Source: Takakia lepidozioides (lineage: Eukaryota; Plantae; Bryophyta). From it: a stretch of DNA of 64,000 bases. The stretch is from assembly GCA_030704615.1 (NCBI GenBank), contig CM060732.1:43524001-43588000 (forward strand), in the 5' to 3' direction. A program made the position numbers and the translations under genes. Shown here piece after piece: positions 40,558 to 54,370 of the stretch; the stretch's first letter is position 1; every line of letters starts with the position of its first letter. Below the pieces are notes generated by a model. The model saw only the letters and a program-made list of their open reading frames with translations. It was not told where the DNA came from and did not search any database.

Positions 40558-43500
40558 ATGAGAGGAGAAGAATGGAAGGGTTCAGCCGAAAGACTATGGG
40601 GTGATGGTGTATTGTCGCCTTCCCAAGGTAGAAGGGAACGTTCGTGTGGCTTTTTCTGACTCCGTTTCTCTATATTGTTGTTCTCGAGGAGTTCAGAGAG
40701 TGCGGCTGCTTCGGAAGATTCGACAGTGGGTGGTTCGCAATCACAACAACCGGAACGCCCCTCTTCAGCAATCCCAAGGTTAGCTTTGCTTTTTTGACAA
40801 GCCAATGAGGCTCTAGGGGGGTGGGGGTTTGGGGGGGGGGGCAGAGAGAACCTCAGAACCTCATTGCTGAAGCCATCAATCCGACCAGATGGAGACTTCC
40901 ATGTGCATACACCCACACACGCACTCTCTCTCTCTTTCTCTCTCTCAGTAGTGAATGTATTTGAAACTCATGAACAATAATTACATGAGATGATAGGTGT
41001 GGGAGTGACTTTGAGTTTGCCAAGTTTGAAATCAAATCATGTGCTGAGTAAACCATCTGTTGACATCGTGTTCTTCTTACTACCGTGTATACTAGCTACT
41101 GCCAGATTATGTCATCTTCCTTCTTCCTGATTTGACTAGCCAATCTGATTTGTGACATACAGAGCCATCATGCAGCCATTTCCTGTGGTTGAAAATGCCG
41201 AAACTTCATCTTCTTGTCGAGTTATGGAACAACCTTCAGCTGTTTGTGGTCCTGTTGTTGAGCCAGCAAGGAAGCCGGTGCCCCGTCAATTGGACTTCAC
41301 ATCCATGTATGGTGGCCCCCTTACATCATCAGACATACCTGTCCGCTCCAGCCAAACAAGCATGTATAGTTCCATACCTGACTTTCTCACACACCTCTGG
41401 GTGGGTTTGTATCCACAGGGTTATGTTCACAAAAACATTGCAGCCGTTGTCTGGCTCACAATTACTGCTTAAGAGATAAGCATTTGTTTCTTATACTAAT
41501 CTTGTTTCTTTCTTTCTTTCCCTCTCTCACGCCTAGCATGTGCTGCCCTGGAGTGCTCTCTTGTTTTTGACTATCACCTTTAATCCCTCTCTCTATAAAA
41601 CTGGGAGCATTTTAGGTTGCTTTCACAAGATCTAACAAGACTGGGGGTGTGGGTGTGATATGATCAGAAAGTCTGGCACTGCACGAGGAGCAGGAGCAAG
41701 GGCCAGGTCAGGAGTGGATGCTAAAGATGGGACTCCCAAGAAGTGCAAGCAATGCAATTGCAAAAACTCACGCTGCCTGAAGCTGTAGGCAACTCTTCCC
41801 AGCTGCTTTGGAGGGTTCCAGTTGGCTGGTCTTTTTTTTGGGTTGATGTAATTGACAATGCCGGCCACCCTCTGTTGCTCTGTCTGTCCTTGATTGCTAC
41901 TAGTCACCTGCAAATGGTTGAGACTAACCACTCAGAATTTCTGATATTGCAGCTGTCATGAGGATGTGTGGCAGGTACTGCGAGTGCTTTGCATCAGGAA
42001 TGTACTGTGATGGATGCAACTGTGTCAATTGCTGCAACAATGTGGAGCATGAGTCTGTGAGAAAGGAAGCTGTGGAGGCCACCTTAGAACGCAATCCAAA
42101 TGCCTTTCGTCCCAAAATTGCTAGTAGTCCCAGTGCTCTCCGTGATGGCAGGGTATGCATCTAAGTCCTGCTCATGTTACTTGGACGTTTTTATAATGTG
42201 CTCTTAGTGTGGGAGAAGTAGGCATGCAAGAAAATGTCATGGGAGAAGTAGGCAAATTTACAGTTTTTCATCTTTACCTCGAGTGTAAAAGGTTAATTCC
42301 TGGTGTCTGTTGGTACAGGACGACATAGGACACCACCAGGCAGTTAAACACAACAAGGGATGTCATTGCAAAAAATCAGGTTGCTTGAAAAAGTATTGTG
42401 AATGCTACCAGGCCAACATTTTATGCTCTGAGAATTGCAAGTGTGTGGACTGTCGAAATTTCATGAAGAGTGATGAGAGACGGGCTCTGTTCCCTGGAGA
42501 TCCTGCCCTGGCTTTGAACTTTGTACAACGGCCGACCAGTATACCAGTCCCATCGGCCCTGGGAGTTGTATCAGGGAATTCATCTCCCATTCACCCCATG
42601 AAGAAAAGGAAGGCTCCTGATGTTGAGTATGGTGGGTTGGTCATCAAGGAACAAGTCACTGTTCCACTGCAGGCAATGAAGGTAAAAGCTTTTGATGATT
42701 CCAGCGGTTAGTCATTGGATCAAAGAAGTTAAGCATATTCTAATCTTGTCGGGCTTGCAGCAGACCGACCCGATTAATGGTACTGCTGTGGTGAAAGCGT
42801 CAATGACCCCAGTATCAATTATGCAAGAGGGACCAACATCTGCACCTCCTATCAAGTTTGTTCACAGGTATGGCAATGCCCAGCTCTCCTGTCCTTCCCC
42901 AAGGAAACAAAGAGGAAACCACCAACTTTCATTGGACATGGCCAGCTCTTTGCATATCAGAATCGAGCAAGAATTACCACCTGCTGTTTGAAAAATTTAT
43001 GTGTCCATTAAATTGGAATGGAACACAAAACACGTGTTCACTAAAAACAAATGGTAGTTGGTGCTACTAGCAGCAGCTTATATGGGACCTTGTGGCAGGT
43101 CTTTGCTTGCAGGGGTGGTTCAATCTGACGCAATTCAGGAGCTTTGTAAGCTTCTTGTCATTGTGTCTGCAGAGGCTCAGAAAGCTTTCGTTGGTACCTT
43201 CCTCCCTTAATGCCTCTCACTTATGCAGTGGACTATTGTTGAATAGTTCGATTAACTGGTATCACTCCACTGTTGAGAATGAGTTGCATGCATAAATTAT
43301 GTCATGCCATCTATATCTCTCTCATTCACTTCGTAGATGGATTGGGTAAGGAGTCCTGAATGGTGCTCTCTGGTGTATCATACCACTTTGCTGAGCAGCT
43401 GAGCATGGATTGCCTGAGACCTCTGCCAGGAAACCACAGGACGATGTTATTACTGCGCGAAAAGACACGTCCCCTGCTCCTGTGAGAACCGAGGGGGGAG

Positions 43501-46164
43501 CTGATGAATGCAGCACAATAGAAGAAGTTAGAGATCATCAGAAGTGTAAAGAGGGTGCAATTGTAACACAGGTTTCTTCAAATGGAGCCTCCTTGAGTGC
43601 CAGATCTGAGGAACTGGAGCTTGACCAGGCTCGTGGAAGGCGATCAATGTCCCCAGGAACTCTAGCATTGATGTGTGATGAACAAGACCCACTGCTTACA
43701 GCGCCCCCTTCGCCGTTGGCTGGGCCATCCTCTGGTTCAATTTCCACTCATGGGGAGCTGTACGCTGAACAAGAGCGTGTTATTCTGTTGGAGTTTAGGG
43801 ATTGTTTGCGCCGCATTGTCTCAGCTGGAAAGTGGAGAGGTTAGTTATCATATCATTTCTGCTTCAAAATGCATCTTAAAGATCTGCAATCGACACAGAG
43901 AGTTGGATTGCTGTATGAGTACTGAGGAATTCTTTTGCAACTTGAATCAAGCCTTCAAGAGAGCTGTCTTCATAACTAGTAGTGCCTTTCCACGATGGCA
44001 TTGGGGCCTTGTTGCCACAAACTCCCTTGTTGTGGGTGGCCCCATTTTCTCTTTTCTTTTGTCCCATAAGCTTTCTTGTAGATAATTACCTTTCTGCAGC
44101 TGTATCTCCCTCTCTTCTAAGGGTGTTGGGGAGTCTCAGGGTGGGCTCCCACAGTCTGCAGATAGAACCTGGTAGGTGAGGACAACCTGCAACGTGAGGA
44201 CCAAATGCCCTGCTTGTGCTGGGAACAGCAGGGAAATCTAAAGTGAAGAACATTTCTTCTTCATTGCCCCTTCTACTATGAGATCTGTGGGCGATTCAAT
44301 TGTCTATTCCATGACACCTAATCTCTCAAGGAGGATCAGAAATGCTTGGCAGCTTACCTGCATGAGTGTTGACTCTTAGACAGTCCCTTGTAATTGGGAT
44401 GCTCATATCCGGAAAGTTGTTCAAACTGGCAAGGGCAAAGCTCTGGGGCTCACTAAATTTTCCACTGCAGAGGGGTCAACTCTGAGGTTAAGAAAACCAT
44501 GCTTTGTCGCGTTATTAGACCTGCCTTGGAGTACGGATCTGCTATATGGGTTGATAACTCCAACCAGGCTAAGTCTCTAGAATCCATTCAAGTGGGGGTG
44601 CTTAAGGAGTGTATGTCAGCATGCTCCAAAACAGCCAATGTGGCTGTTCGGGGTGAGTTTGGCATTCCATCCTTAAGCTCCCGACGAGATGAATTCAAGG
44701 TCAGATGGTGGGGTCAGCTGCAACCAACATATGCCCAACACCAGATATCCTAAGTTAATCGACTCTATATCTTGGAAACAGGACCGCCCTGTCAAACAGG
44801 CTTAAGTCCTGGCAGAAGAGAGTAGAAGAGATCCTCAAGGACCTGGACTTGGATCCGCAAGTCTTGACCCTGCTGGATAAATCTGACTTAGAGGCTGTAG
44901 TGTCCTCAGCCATGTCTGTTGCCATGAGATTGTCTGATGAAAATGAAGTTAGGCAGAAAACTTCCCTGAACTTGTTTCCAGTCTGTGACATGGGGGAGGA
45001 CATCTTGGATGACTCAAGGGTCTACCCACTCTCGGCACTAGACTGAAATTTAAACTCAGGGCAGGAAGCCTACCTTTGAACAGCAAACAGAAGCAGAGAG
45101 GAAAGGGAGAGTGCAATTGCCCGTTGTGTGGGCAATCTGAAGACAGTATTCATTTTCTGATACACTGTCCGGGGTTCTCTCACCAAAGAGACGCTCTCTT
45201 CAAATCTATTAAGGGAATTGTGCCTGTACCCCTGTTTACCAACTTTGAAAGTCTCGAGGCTGAGCCAAAAGCCCAGGCCCTCCTGAGGCCTAGTTTTTGG
45301 GCAAATCACACACAGCAGATTGATGCTTGTGTGAAGGGATTTCTAGAGGATATCTGGAAAACCCGGATTAATTCTTTATATGGAGGTAAGTCTTACTACC
45401 AATGTCAGCCCCTGACAGAGGTAGGTTCTGTCCCTTTTGTTCCCGCTCAAACTGGGCGCGGGGTCAATGGCCACAAGGCTACGGCAAACAACGTCTTATG
45501 AGTACAATCTTAGACAGTCCCTTGAACGATATTTGATTTTGGGCTGCTTGTGGAGGGCCGCTCTCTCTTTCTTGTTGCTTTATTTCTCTTGTCCCATAAG
45601 CTCTTTGAGCTTTCCGCGGACATTATGAAGTACCATTTCATTTCTTTCTTTTTGAATGAAATTTCTGTTTTTTTTTTAATAGAAAGAGCACTTTGCGGAC
45701 TGTGGGAAGAGGTTGTCAAGGAGGTCCCAGATTTTCATGTAAAAACAAAGGGGACATGGCATGAAAACCAGTAGCTTTGATGCGGAAGTGCTGATTTACT
45801 TGATTGCCCCAGTTGTCTGTGCTGGGTGCCATTGAAGGGTGTATTTTCTGGACACTGAAATGCATTAGTATTGGTTATTTCTACTTAAATTTACTTTCTT
45901 TTAATGTTAATGCGTGTTTTGATCTTGGGCCACCTGTGAGATGGTAGGGCCAAGCAGGTGTTAGTACAATAGAGTGCATCAGTAAATCTCTATCCAAACT
46001 CACGCACTCTGGATGATCTTTGTAAAGCAGCCAACCAGTATTCAGCTGAAGCTGCCCGGGCTGAACGACTTGCAGCCACTAAGCAGCACAATGTCATGGC
46101 GAACGGACTTCAGCCCCCAGTACGCCCAGTAATGGCCCCTTCCGCAGACTCCAAAAGAAGCTGA
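40558..46164 (+). CDS. Tesmin/TSO1-like (LIN54-type) CXC-domain protein, about 10 exons
   Basis: RQLDFT motif; CXC1 [14 protein letters not shown]|[21 protein letters not shown]; hinge [10 protein letters not shown]; CXC2 [37 protein letters not shown]; [15 protein letters not shown]; YAEQERVIL. Putative first exons 40558-40627 and 40697-40778 splice in frame; last exon about 46028-46164. Confidence 0.93.
44120..45645 (+). mobile_element. Older LINE 3' end interrupted by the 44391-45507 insertion
   Basis: [14 protein letters not shown] and EEHF..HCPFY remnants; 3' terminus cccataagctctttgagctttccgcggacattatgaagtaccatttcatttc. Confidence 0.7.
44391..45507 (+). mobile_element. 5'-truncated non-LTR retrotransposon (RTE/RTEX-like ORF2 C-terminus) in an intron of the CXC gene
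   Basis: 17-bp TSD tcttagacagtcccttg at 44374-44390 and 45508-45524. Encodes [20 protein letters not shown] and zinc knuckle [18 protein letters not shown]. Confidence 0.9.
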
Positions 46165-48284
46165 TGACCAGAGAGATGATCAGATGATGTTCCTACCAGG
46201 TCATTGCAACAGGGTTTGTGGAATCTAGTTGACACACCACGGTTTTCTCCTTGCACTTTGCCAAGTTAATTCTCTGGTTTCATCATCAGGGTCTTCAAAT
46301 AATGCGATGGATATGAATCTGCACTCTTGCATGCAAATTTTTGAAGGTAAATCACCATTGCACAGCAACTAGCAGTCTCTCAGACTGCTGGTGGAGTCCA
46401 GTGTCCCTCCTGTGGGTGGACTTGCGAGGCATTTGTGCTACGTGCTTTCATGCAAGCTGCTTCTCTATGAAAGCATGGGCAAACATAATTGAATCGTTGG
46501 CTCATTCATCTTGTATTTGGTGCCAATGGCTCTTCTTGCTGCTGACGAATTTTTTAGTGATTGGTGTCTACTAGTGTGGGCCAGTTTTCAAGGTCCGCAC
46601 TCCATCAACTCACTCAACTTTGCTACCTTTTGGGAGCAGGCGGCAGATCCTTGATTACTGTGTTGAGTTTGTGCCTTGGTTCTTGCAATCCAAGAACATA
46701 AGCTGCTGGTAAGCCAGTCGACCATGAAGTGGGTTATCAACCTGGTATGAAAGAACCTGTTCATCCTGTCTCGAAAATAAAATACCTGGCCTTTGCAGAT
46801 AATGGACAGTTATGAGAAGTTGGACCAAAATATCGAAACCTGTGCTATACTCATTAACCGAATGCACATTCAGACCTTGGCATTTGAAATTTTCATAATA
46901 ACCGCACGTTATTCAAAAGCAATCTTTTGACATGGATCCGGAGGGCAGGGGAGATGTGAAAACTGCCCACCACTTGTGTTTGATACTTTCCACTTTTCTT
47001 TTCTTTTTTTTTCGCTAACAGGGGACAGTGGCCCTGAAAAGCTTTATTGGGTTTGGGGATGAGGAAAAAATAACCTCAAGATACAAGCCATGAGGCAGAA
47101 AAAGGGGACATAGCCCTGTAACCCAAAAACACGAAGATGGCAGCAAAACTAAGGAGTGACTCTGCTGCGAAGAAAGAACCCCTACACCATAGCATTCCTA
47201 TGTCTAGTAGATTCGAAGGAGAGATGGGCTGTAAAGCCCCATATTTGCTTAGCCTAGAGATGGCCCATTTCATCCAAAACGGTGATACACATCCGTAGTA
47301 TAACTTGTTGTTGAAACTAACCCTAGTGTGGAAACTAATCATGCTGTCACTCCTTGTTCTACTGGTGTCATTCCTGTTGCTCTCCTGTTGTTGAAACTAA
47401 CCCTTTCGTTTCTAACTCTACCGACATTCTTGTTGTTGCTAACACGGCCGACAGCACGCGGCCTGACAGTGTTGCCTTACCAGCGTCGCCTCTCCTTGAA
47501 CCAACCACTTGTGTTTTAGCCCTTGTTGTTTCATTGGGTTCTCCTGGTGGTAGTGGTTATGATAATTTAGATGACGCGGGGGCATGGTCGCCAAGGTTTG
47601 AGAAATCTGACAACTCTCTAGATAGTTGTGACCCGAAATACTATAATTTTGACAACTTTGTTGATCCTGGACCTGAATATTTCGAGAGTAGGCAGCAGGC
47701 AGCAGAGTTAGAGAGGGATATCGAGTTGTCACATGAAGTAGATGATTTGTTGTGTGAGATATGTGAAGAGGATCGGCTTTGGTTTGAGCGTGTAGAAAAA
47801 GTTGTCGTGGGCGACCTTACTGCATTAACCAGTCATCACGAGGCCTGTTTCACGAGACCTTTGCTTGAGCCTGGTGCGGTGGTGTCGAAAGCCAGACAAC
47901 TTGCTAGGCGAGAGTTTGAGTTGCGCAACGAAGAACGTCTGTTGTCTAGAACGATTAAGTCGCGTTTTCTGCACCATCGCGAATTGACCTGGTTAGAAGT
48001 TGGTTTGTATTTACCTCTCTCTGGTGTTCGAAGTAGGGAGCTTCATCATGGCTCTGGTGTGGTATGGCGAAGTTGGTTGTCGTTAATGTTACAAGGCATG
48101 GGGGCTTTGATCTTGAGAGCACTACAGTTTCAACTCCGGCCCTGCGCCTTAGCGCCTACTTATTCACTGTTGGTTGATGGTCTGAAGGGTGAGGCCTTGA
48201 TAGTGCAGTCGTCTGATCTAGTAGTCTTGGGTGTGGGTACTACCTTTGCTTCACAGCGAGTGGTTCGCCCGAGTGCCACTAGCG

Positions 48285-48758
48285 ACGCCAGGACCCCGGG
48301 CGCACCGGACGCGCCGACCCTCCTGCGACTGCAGCGTCGCACAGGCGCCCGGCTCGGGACTTGCGACGTCGGGGCGTCGTAACGCCGGGCGCTCGGACGA
48401 CGTTGTGGCATCTTGCGATGTTATGCCGTCGCCGGAAAGGGGCCTAACCCCATTCCCCGCCAACGCACTAGGGGGTTGCGACACCCCCGGGATGCTGCGA
48501 CGCCGGGGGGAAATGTAACGAGACGTTGCAGCACCGCAGCCCAGCGACGCTTTTGCGACGGCCGAGCGCTCCTGCGACGGCAGGGAATCGCAATGCCCGG
48601 GGAAAAAAAAAAAAAAAAAAAAAAAAAAAAACGGTTTTTTTTTTTTTTTTTTTCGCGATTCCCCGCCGTCGCAAATACGTTGCTGGGGCTGCGGCGCTGC
48701 GATTCCTCGGCGTCTTGGGGGCGTCGCAGAAAATTGATTCTGGGAATAGATTGTAGAG
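48285..48758. mobile_element. GC-rich CACTA-like remnant with gcgac repeats and an A29-CGG-T19 core
   Basis: Many gcgac/gtcgc motifs; right end gattgtagag resembles a CACTACAA terminus; related to 55988-56320. Confidence 0.55.
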
Positions 48759-49049
48759 CATAATGGGCTTGACATCCTCAGACTATAGCCATTGTCCAAC
48801 AATAAGTTGCAATGTAGCTTTGCAAAACTTAGGCTATTGATAGATATTTGTTCTTGAAGAACTCTGGGAACAAGTCTCGGTGCAAGTTCCAGCTGTGCGA
48901 GCTCCCTGTAGAGTACGCATAATCTGTAACACAATGATAGGATTGAGATAGTGGTAGTCACTAGAGCTAACTCTTGATATGTATATATATACTTGGACTG
49001 CTTTTATAATATATAGATGTATTGTAGATTTGTTGGTTAGTGTGCAGTG

Positions 49050-49438
49050 TCTTAGAAATGTTATAATGTGGACGTCCTAGGTTCAAATATGCATTGGATA
49101 CAAGGAGAATTTTTTTTAAATTAAAAATAAATCATTTAAATTATATTAAAATATTAAAATATTTTATTATAATTATAACGATTTAAATTGATTAAATGAC
49201 AAATTTAAAAGATGTTATTTTCTATGATTCATATACCCAGATTACTCTATAATCGCCGGATATTATAATCTGAATATCCGGACTTATTTATATCCGGCAG
49301 ATTTTTAAAGTTTCTACTATGCATAACCGGCAGATCAGATTATTCTAATATCCGGATCCGCAGGATATATTATTCTCTAATGATTCAAGTATCCGGACCC
49401 GGCGGATATTGAAAAAAACTAAGAACCGCCCAACACTG
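49050..49438. mobile_element. hAT-type MITE remnant (right end only)
   Basis: Ends aaccgcccaacactg followed by gtgcatac; subterminal atccgg motifs. Left end not found, so the start coordinate is approximate. Confidence 0.6.
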
Positions 49439-49446
49439 GTGCATAC

Positions 49447-49830
49447 GAGAAATAGATCCCTTTACTCAAGGTAAGAGTGACAATATACCCAACCCCGGGT
49501 TGAGATGAACCACCACCTGGCAGATGGAAATAAGTTAACCAAATTCCTTCACATCTAGGCCATTGAAGCTTGGAAGGTTGGGATGAAGCTCACCAAGGTT
49601 AGATGTACACAACATGTGACAAGTCAGGCATAAAAACCAAACGTCATCTTCTACTAAATGTCGAAGATGAATCCTAACATGTACATAACGATAAGTAGAT
49701 TCTAACGCTAGGAGATTAAGGGGTAGCACATACGTAAAGACCCCCCCCCCCCGCCTTGAAAACCCGAGCTCATAGAGAGGTAAAATTCTTAGGCCAAATG
49801 ATCTATTTCGAGTTAATCCTAACCACATTA
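49447..49830. mobile_element. LTR-like fragment related to the two gypsy remnants
   Basis: C-run + ttgaaaacccgagctc..gaggtaaaat matches 59272-59316 and 51768-51810. Confidence 0.45.
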
Positions 49831-50454
49831 CTTACTATCATGGCTTCGGAGTACATCATAGGATCAAAGTTTTTGCAGGAGGGCCCTTATTGATCCATCT
49901 CATACTACAAACAAGTTTGCTCCTTATTCCATCTTTTTATGTTAGCAGCTCATTGTGACATGCTTTTGAGCACCCACGCCATTGCCATCTTCGTCGGAGT
50001 ACTAGAAATCCTATCTTTGTACTTGTTTTTCGAATTCCTATCGACATCCTTCATGGTGACTGAGCTCCACCAGGACATGATGATGTATTTTTTGTTATTT
50101 GGTTTGAGCGTGTTGACCATGAGTGGCCGATATGTTCTGTGGTGAACTTCTATGTACCTACAACTACAAATACTCATATCTACGACATAGTTATTTACCC
50201 CGCCTGCATTCTTCGTGGCGGTCGAGAGGTTTTTGTACTATGACATAATCTTATTGCATCAATCCATGTACATATCACTTAAGTTGTGTTTTGCTCAAGA
50301 AATGCTCGTGCATGATGGATCACGTCATGCGACGAGGTCTCGTGCGACGAGACTAGATACTAGGATGTATTGTTGACGATTTACATTTTGTGAGATGCGT
50401 ATTTTTGTCTTGACCCTTGATTTCAAACATTATGATGGTTTATTCCAACATCAA

Positions 50455-50690
50455 TATATGAAGCACGGTTGTTTGTTTGTTTGTTTGTTTGTTTGTTTTG
50501 TAGTGTTGAGATGTCCAAAACCACGGGCCCAGCCCTGGTGCTTGGTACCGTTGAAAAGCCCTTGATGAGGAGGGATGCACCGACCTGGTCTCATAATTTT
50601 TGGACCTGCGGTGTGGGAGATATGGAATTTCAAGTACTTTTGGTCAATGGAAATTCGTGAAAAATAGAAAAATGGGCTTTCTTGGAACAA
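50455..50690 (+). repeat. Non-autonomous Helitron/Helentron-associated-like repeat, copy 2
   Basis: (gttt)n microsatellite followed by the same core as 20200-20430. Confidence 0.6.
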
Positions 50691-51219
50691 TGATTGGATA
50701 TGTTACTACTCAAATTCATGAAAAAAAAAATTTTTGATTTTTTTATGGAATATAAGATGACTATATAGTATGTGCTCAACGACAAAATCCACTATGAATG
50801 TTCACATATTAAAGTTACATGTTAAGTGAACCACTTATGTCTTGCTTCTGAACCTGCATGGGGGCCTCGTTTGGAATTTGCGTCCACTTTGGCCTGCTTT
50901 GAGGGGTCACACCTTGCGGAACATTTGGAAGTGTAGATGTTCTATGGTTTATGGGGGGGGTGCTCCCTTCAGTAGTTGCAGTCTTGCGCAGAGTTCACTC
51001 AGACCTGATGTCTGAAGCAAGAAAAGCATGGTGGGTTGTGGTTGCAGCTATTGCTAGATGCTCGGCAGGACAAAGGGTGCAGCTTTTCACAGGCTTTGAT
51101 AATTCCTGGGGAAAAGGAGGGTACCTCTAAACAAAGACCTTTGCATCAGAGGTTATTTGGAACAACGCATTCCCGGCATGTTGGAATGCTTAGCAGACTG
51201 AGGAACCAGAAGAATCTGA

Positions 51220-54140
51220 TGTAAATTGGCGACATAAGAGTAGTATTAAACATAAGCGTAGTATTAGAAAGGGCTAGTCAAAGGCCCTGTGAAGCCTTAA
51301 AATAAGTCTGAAGCATATACTCATTTCCTCTCAAGAAGCAAGGTTTCACAACAAAGGGGCGAGCAGAAAGAGCAAGCAACGCGCGAGAGGAGGATTAAAC
51401 ACACGGATCTGACACAAAGCAGCTCTCATCCAAAGCTTGTACACCAAAATCATATATACACTAAACACCGAGTACACCACCCTGACCTTGTGTTAGGGCA
51501 CCGTCTTTATACAAAAGCCCTAGCTTTAGTGGCCCGCTACGTGGCAAGGCGTCACAAGCCAAAGCCCACGGCGCCGCCTTGTAGCCCTAGATCTGATGAA
51601 GGGCTAGGATGTCGCCACCAGCCCAAAACTAACCCTAACCTAGGTATCATTGTAACGGTTTAACGGCTTTATACGCCAAAATTTTATACTACGGATGTGT
51701 ATCGCCGTTTTGGATGAAACGGGCCATTTCTAGGCGAAGCAAATATGGGGCTTTACATCTGTGAAGCCTACCCCCTACGAAAAAATCCTGAGCTCCGCGA
51801 AGGAGAACATATAATAGGAAAATATCACCCTCCACTGCTGGGTGAAAAACCTACCAAGGGAAAACCTGGCACCTACAAGTTGGGCCGAGGACAAAACCCT
51901 TGGCTAGGAAAACCGTGCAGGGAGTACAGATGGTGATATACCATGAAAAATGTTGCTAAGTCCTAGAGAGGTCAAGTCCTAGGACCCCAAGAGTCACCAT
52001 CCGCAAACTAAGACTAAGCCGCTGAAAAAAGAAGATGATCAAGCTGAAGTAGATCGGTGAAGAAGATCAAGACATCACCCCACCGTGAGCCCCTCCACAT
52101 TGATACATGTAAGATCAAAAAACTACCTCGGAATGCACCAAGTCTGTTAAGGAAACAGGTTCATCCCGCACTTCAGTATTAGAGCCTTGTGGAAGAAGGA
52201 GAGCACGTCGACCACGAAAAATCTGATAGATCAAGTATGGACCGTCAATCTTGAGCTTAGATTTGCATGCATGCTTGCCATGCTGTAATCGAACGCACAT
52301 GGTCTGTCCCACCTGAAACAAGTTAGAATACTTGACACGCTTGTTAAAATTACGGGCCTAGGTTAGCTGAGCCTTACCAATGTTCGTCTTGGCATCATGG
52401 ATAGACACCGCATGCCAAGCATGAAGATCCTCAACAAAGGTCTCAAGATCAACCGGATCAGCAACAGTAGAGATGAGAGGGGTAGAATGTAAAGGAGAAA
52501 CACACTTGTGACCATACAACAACTCAAAAGGAGTTTTCTTGGTGCTAGCATGTACGGCGAAGCGATAAGCAAAGAGAATAGGGGGAAGAAAGGTATCCCA
52601 CTCCCTGGTAAGTGCGCCATTCTTCTCCAACATTTGGCAAAGAGTTTGGTTGAAGCATTCCGTGAGGCCATTGGTCTGGGGATGGTATGGGGTGGTGGTG
52701 GAATGCTTAACACTGAAGTTGAAGCAAATCACCGTGAGGAGTTGGTTACAAAACTCCTTGCCCTGATCCGTTAGTATCTCCCGAGGATACCCATGCCGCA
52801 TAAGGATCTCATTGAAGAAGAACTGAGCTACAACATCACTAGCCTTGGAACGCAAAGACCAGACTTCTACCCACTGAGTCAAGTAGTCGGTAGCAACACA
52901 AAGATAGCTTCGACCCTTTGATGTGAGTGCGAGTGGTCCTACTAAGTCAATGCCAACACGAACAAAAGCATGGGTGACAGGCAAAGGATGCAGCTCATAC
53001 AAGATCCGGGCCCTAGGGAGAGCAATGTTAGCATGACAACCTTCAAACTTAGACATGAACTTGGTGATGTCTCGGTGAATTCCCAGCCAATAGTATACCT
53101 CTTGGATGCGGGCCACAGTTTTCTTGATACCAAGGTGACCTGCATACAAGGAACATTGGAAACGCTCCAACAAAGTATTCAGCTGGCTCCGTGGTGACAC
53201 CTCCAAGTAGCATGGCACTCCCCCTCTAGTGAGCTCCTTGTAAAGCTTATCACCCATCAAACGGTGAGTTGACACATGATAGAGAATTTGTTTACGCAAG
53301 GACTCGGAAAGACCAGCTGACGAATGCCCTGATTGACATCACTGAAGTAGCGCAACATGTAGCTGATCATCTATGACCGCACTGCACATAAGAGGTAGAC
53401 AATGGGTTTTAGAGAAGGTGGTCTGGAGTGCCTACACCTATGATCTCCAGCCAGGGATACATTCACCTCATTTATTACTACTCATAGACAGCCAAATCAG
53501 GCCTTGAGGCTCAAGCCAATAGTCACACTGGAGTGCAGCATCTGAATTACAACAAACTCGAGGGCCTAGGAAAGATAAGAGGTGAAACACAACAAGGAAC
53601 TTCCACCAAATTATCTGAATTCTCACTAAGCGATAGATCCACCACACATACTAACACACGAATAAATCAACCATGATCATCAAGAAGGCTAGACCAGCCC
53701 CAAGCAGCCAATATGCCATGTGAATCCAAGGCCAAGGGGTACTGATCAGCACAAAGGAGGTTGAGAAGAGGGGCAAGATCAGGAGGAGGGGCTGCATCAG
53801 CAGCAGCAAGGTCATCCAATGTGAGCATAGGCCTGCTGGCAGGAGGATCAACCCGTGTGAGTGCATCAGCATTTGTGTTCTCCTTGCACTTCTTGTAGAC
53901 TATATCCATGTCAAATTCCTGCAGGTACATAGCCCATCTAGCAAGTCTGCCATGAAGTTCTCTTGGCTTAACAAGGGCCTTAAGTGGAAGATGATTAGTC
54001 TCCACCACAAACCGGCTACCATGCAAATATTGCCTGAAATGCTTCACACCAAATACTAAGGCCAGACCCTCATTATCAGATATAGAATAGTTCCTTTCAA
54101 GACGATCAAGACGACGAGATGCATAAGCTATTACATGCTC
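51220..54140 (-). mobile_element. Degenerate Ty3/gypsy LTR retrotransposon: RNase H, integrase, probable 3' LTR
   Basis: KHFRQYLHGSRFVVETNH..RLARWAMYLQEFD..NADALTR; GHLGIKKT; VGIDLVGPL; ILTDQGKEF; YHPQTNGLTE; TPFELLYG. PPT-like tract at about 52075-52096. LTR limits are approximate. Confidence 0.85.
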
Positions 54141-54370
54141 ATTGTCTTCTACAACTTGATATAAGATTGCAGAGATGACAACATAGCATGAACAATGACT
54201 GTATTGACATTGCTAGTATGTACACCCATACCTGGATTAGCTGCAGTTCGTGGCAATCCTCCCATTTGTTGAACAGGAAGGGTCCCACACGACTTGCATG
54301 ACCAACAGACGAGGTGGAGGGCATTGATGCTACTGTCCCCCCACCAGCAAGATCGGAGACATTCAACAAA

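Noticed and set aside
48251-48961. ORFs with poly-K/poly-F
   Set aside because: Artefacts of GC-rich repeats and A/T homopolymers.
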